Source: Isurus oxyrinchus (taxonomy: Eukaryota). From it: DNA of 64,000 nucleotides. Positions 60,384 through 64,000 of this stretch are shown piece by piece. A model generated the notes under the pieces. It was not told the origin of the DNA and did no database searches. It saw only the letters and a list, made by a program, of their open reading frames with translations. The DNA lies in NCBI GenBank assembly GCA_026770705.1, contig JANJGN010000004.1, forward strand, positions 192,014,001 to 192,078,000, read 5' to 3'. Numbering within the stretch: the first letter of the stretch is position 1; each line of letters starts with the position of its first letter. The translations under genes were made by a program, and so were the position numbers.

Positions 60384-63032
60384 GGAGGAGGCTCCACAAA
60401 TACCCATATCCTCAATGATGGAGGAGCCCAACAGGTTAGTGCAAAAGACAAGGTTGAAGCCAGGAGTGCCAAACAGATGGTCCATCCCAACCTCCTCCGG
60501 AGGTCCCCAGCATCACAGATGCCAGTCTTCAGCCAATTCAATTCACTCCATGTGATATCAAGAAGTGGTGGAAGGCACTGGATACTGCAAAGTACCTGCA
60601 TGAGCCCTGACAATATTCCGGCAATAGTACTGAAGACTTGTGCTCCAGAACTGATCGCGCGCCTGGCCAAGCTATTCCAGTACAGCTACAACACCGGCAT
60701 CTACCCAGCTATGTGGAAAATTTCCCAGGAGTGTCCTGTACAGAAAAGCAGGACAAATCCAATCAGGCCAATTCATCGTCGGCTGCCCCTCGATTCAGGG
60801 ATGACATCTACTCAGGGTCGTGAGTTTCTGCCATGGGTCATCATGTGACTGAGCAGGTCGATTCTCAGCCCTCAGATCGTTCGGCACACGGGGCAGGACG
60901 TTCCACGAGGTGGTGGGACCCGGAGTGCAGGGTTTACTTCCTTTTCTTTCCTCATCATTAAGACGTTGCTTCAAAGCCTGATGCAGCTCGATGGACCAGT
61001 TGCCGCCACTTTGAACGCTTGATCGCGAGCTCCTCCCAGTCATTAACGTTAATGCTGCCGCGCTTCAAGGAGGGCTTCAGACTGTCTTTGAAGTGTTTCT
61101 TGTCCTCCCCAGAATGCTGGCCATTCGAGAGTCGAGAAAAGAGGACCTGGCCGGGGAGACAGTTTTTGGCCATCTGCACAGTGTCCAAACCATGGAAGTT
61201 AATTTTGCAGGAGTTTTGCCTGAATGCTGGTGGAGCTGGCTTCACGAGCGACACTAGCATTTGTTCCCATTGAATCTGGAGCATGAGGTGGAGACATTGA
61301 CAGTAACACATAGAGCGCTAGAGAAATTCCATTAACAAACAGTCCAGGTCTCACTGCAGTATAGACATGTGATGAAGACAGCTGCTCTGTACACTAGGAC
61401 CTTTACTGATTTGTAGAGATCTTTATTGTCAAACACTGGCTGCCATTGTTTGTAGAAGGCTGAGCTGGTGCAGCTGATCTGGTGTTGGATCTCCTCGTCA
61501 ATGATGGCCTTTTGAGAGAGGTTGTTGCCAAGGTGCAGGAAGTACTTGACACATTCCAGGATCTCTCCTTCAACATATAAGGGAGATGGAACATATAGCT
61601 GAGCCGGTGTGGGTTGATGATGAGTTTTGTTTTGTCAATATTCAAGTACAGGCCAATTGTCACGTATGCAGAATTTAAGAGATCAAGAATAGCTTGCAAA
61701 CCTGGTGCAGAGTGGGAAACAACACTGTAGTTATTTGCAAATTGTACATCATCTACATCTGTGCATTGATGCTCAGTTTGGGTTCTGCCAGGGCACTCAG
61801 CTCCTGACCTCATTACAGCCTGGGTTCAAACATGGACAAAAGAGCTGAACTCCCGAGGTGAGGTGAGAGTGACTGCCCTTGACATCAAGGCAGCATTTAA
61901 CAGAGTGTGGCATCAAGGAGCCCTAGCAAAACTGGAGTCAATGGGAATCAGGGAAAACGCTCTGCTGGTTGAAGACATACTTACCACAAAGGAAGATGGT
62001 TGTGGTTGTTGGAAATTGGTGTTCTCAGCTCCAGGACATCACTGCAGGAGTTCCTCAGGATAGTGTCCTCCCCCAACTATGTTCAGCTGCTTCATCAATG
62101 ACCTTCTTTCCATAATAAGGTCTAAATGGGGATGTTTGCTGATGATTGCACAAGTTTCAGCAGAATTCACAACTCCTCAGATACTGAAGCAGTCCATGTC
62201 CAAATGCAGCAAGACCTGGCCAATATCCAGGCTTGGGCTGACAAGTGGCAAGTAACATTCGCGCCACACAAGTGCTGGACAATGACCATCTCCAACAAGA
62301 GAGAATCCAACCATCATCCCTTGATGTTCAATGGCTTTACCATCACTGAATCCCCCACTATCAACATCCTGGGCATTACCATTGACCAGAAACTGAACTG
62401 AACTAGCCATATAAATACTGTGGCTACAAGAGCAGGTCAGAGGCTAGTAATCATGTGATGAGTAACCCACCTCCTGACTTCCCAAAGCCTGTCCATCATC
62501 TTCAAGACACAAGTCAGGAGCGTGATGGAATAATCTCCACTTGCCTGGATGAGTGCAGCTCCCACAAAACTCAAGAAGCTTGACACTGTCCAGGACAAAG
62601 CAGTCTGCTTGATTGGCACCCCATCCACAAACATTCACTCCTTCCACCACCAAAGCATAGTAGCAGCAGTGTGTACTATCTACAAGATGCACTGCAGGAA
62701 CTCACCAAGGCTCCTTCAACAGCACCTTCCAAACCCACAACCACTACCATCTGGAAGGACAAGGACAGCAGAAAGATGGGAACACCACCACCTGGAAGTT
62801 CCCCTCCAAGTCACTCACCATCCTGACTTGGAAGTATATCACCGTTCCTTCACTGTCACTGGGTCAAAATCCTGGAACTCCCTCCCTAACAGCACTGTCG
62901 GTGTACCTACACCACATGGACTGCAGCGGTTCAAGAAGGCAGCTCACCACCATCTTCTCAAGGGCAACAAGGGATGGGCAATAAATGCTGGCCCAGCCAG
63001 TGATACCGGTACCCCATGAATGAATAAATAAA
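60384..63032 (+). mobile_element. Family-A LINE, paralog of the 23640-26972 insertion
   Basis: Same 3' junction into Gypsy; shared private variants GAAAATTTCC and GATACC.GTACCCC. Confidence 0.88.
60773..61768 (-). mobile_element. RTE-clade LINE 3' fragment nested in the family-A LINE
   Basis: QFANN, GLYLNIDKTK, LPGQVLFSRL..G..K.FKDSLK, WEELA..RSKWR. Confidence 0.82.
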
Positions 63033-63285
63033 ATGGATGCAATTATCCACTTGATGACCCAAATAAGTGACTTCAGTCGCTTGGAAAGCACACTCCACCT
63101 TTTTCAATAGGCCAACAACCTCCAAAAATCTCCTTAAAATCTCTTCTAGGTTAGCCAAATGTTCAGCTTCCATTGATCCTGTGACCAGGACGTTGTTCTG
63201 GTACAGCACAGCTCGAGGAAGTCCTTGCAGGACGCTTTCCATGGTTCTTTGGAAAATCGCACAGGCAGAATACACACCAAAGGGT
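63033..63285 (-). mobile_element. Gypsy RT fragment, paralog of 26973-27230
   Basis: PFGVYSACAIFQRTMES..AEHLANLEEILRRF..YLGHQVDN. Confidence 0.88.
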
Positions 63286-63714
63286 GAAATAATTTTCAAA
63301 AACTTGCTGTGTAAAAATTGTATTTTTTGGGTGTTTGCTCTGATCATCTTAAATCTTTGCTCTCTGGTTACTGACCCCACTGTTGCTGGGAACAATTTTT
63401 TATTTACTCTATTAAAACCCCTCATGATTTTAAACACTTTGACCAAATCTCCTTTTGATCTTCTTTGTTCCAAGGAGGACTGTCCCACCATGAATATGTT
63501 GTCATTAATCCCTGATTTAAGTATTTAAGTAATTCTTCTCTGTAGCCTCTTAAGGCCTTGCTTTCTTAAAGTTTTGTGTCTAGAATTAGCTATAAAACTC
63601 TAGCTGGGGCCTAAAAGAGTGTTTTATAAGGGCTTAGCATAACTTCCTTCCTTTTGTCATCTAAGCCTCTATTAATAATGCCGAGGATTCTGTACGCATT
63701 CTATTAATAAATCT

Positions 63715-64000
63715 GGGATTTTTAAAAATTCATTCACAAGATGTGGGATTCGCTGGCTGGGCCAGCATTTATTGCCCATCCCTAGCTGCCCCTTGAGAAG
63801 GTGGTGGTGAGCTGTCTTCTTGAACTGTTGCAGTCCATGTGGTGTAGGTATATCCACAGTGCTGTTAGGAAGGGAGTTCCAGGATTTTGACCCAGCGACA
63901 GTGAAGGAATGGCGATATATTTCCAAGTCAGGATGGTGAGTGACTTGGAGGGGAACTTCCAGGCGGTGGTGTTCCCATGTATCTGCTGCCCTTGTCCTTC
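63715..64000 (-). mobile_element. Family-A LINE 3' end (runs off the window)
   Basis: Family tail sequence. Confidence 0.88.

Overview
Repeat-dense vertebrate genomic DNA. The repeat set (CR1 LINEs with SGNH-esterase ORF1, Penelope, Gmr1-type Gypsy, Harbinger, Deu-domain SINEs) suggests a cartilaginous fish such as a shark; this is inference. The one host gene I can reconstruct is a 9-exon + strand gene (1233-31676, leader exon not found) that the ORF track shows only in fragments. All exons join in frame with GT-AG boundaries. It encodes about 253 aa: a single Ig V-set domain, an uncharged TM segment and a ~107-aa tail with three tyrosine motifs (NTYAEI, CTYASI, canonical ITIM VTYATV), i.e. 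an inhibitory immune-type receptor. The tail was built by duplication of a symmetric phase-1 exon pair. A second, deleted or pseudogenised paralog starts at 59783. It is ~97% identical to copy A over intron plus the 5' part of the V exon, then drops abruptly to ~72% with almost all changes non-synonymous. The rest is nested transposons. Notable cases: a LINE with a tRNA-like head and its bipartite SINE derivative, a MITE-bounded inversion inside a Gypsy, a young Penelope with an 11-bp TSD and variant hammerhead motif, and a templated 83-bp inverted duplication. Identity figures are hand counts and repeat boundaries are approximate unless a TSD or TIR is cited.
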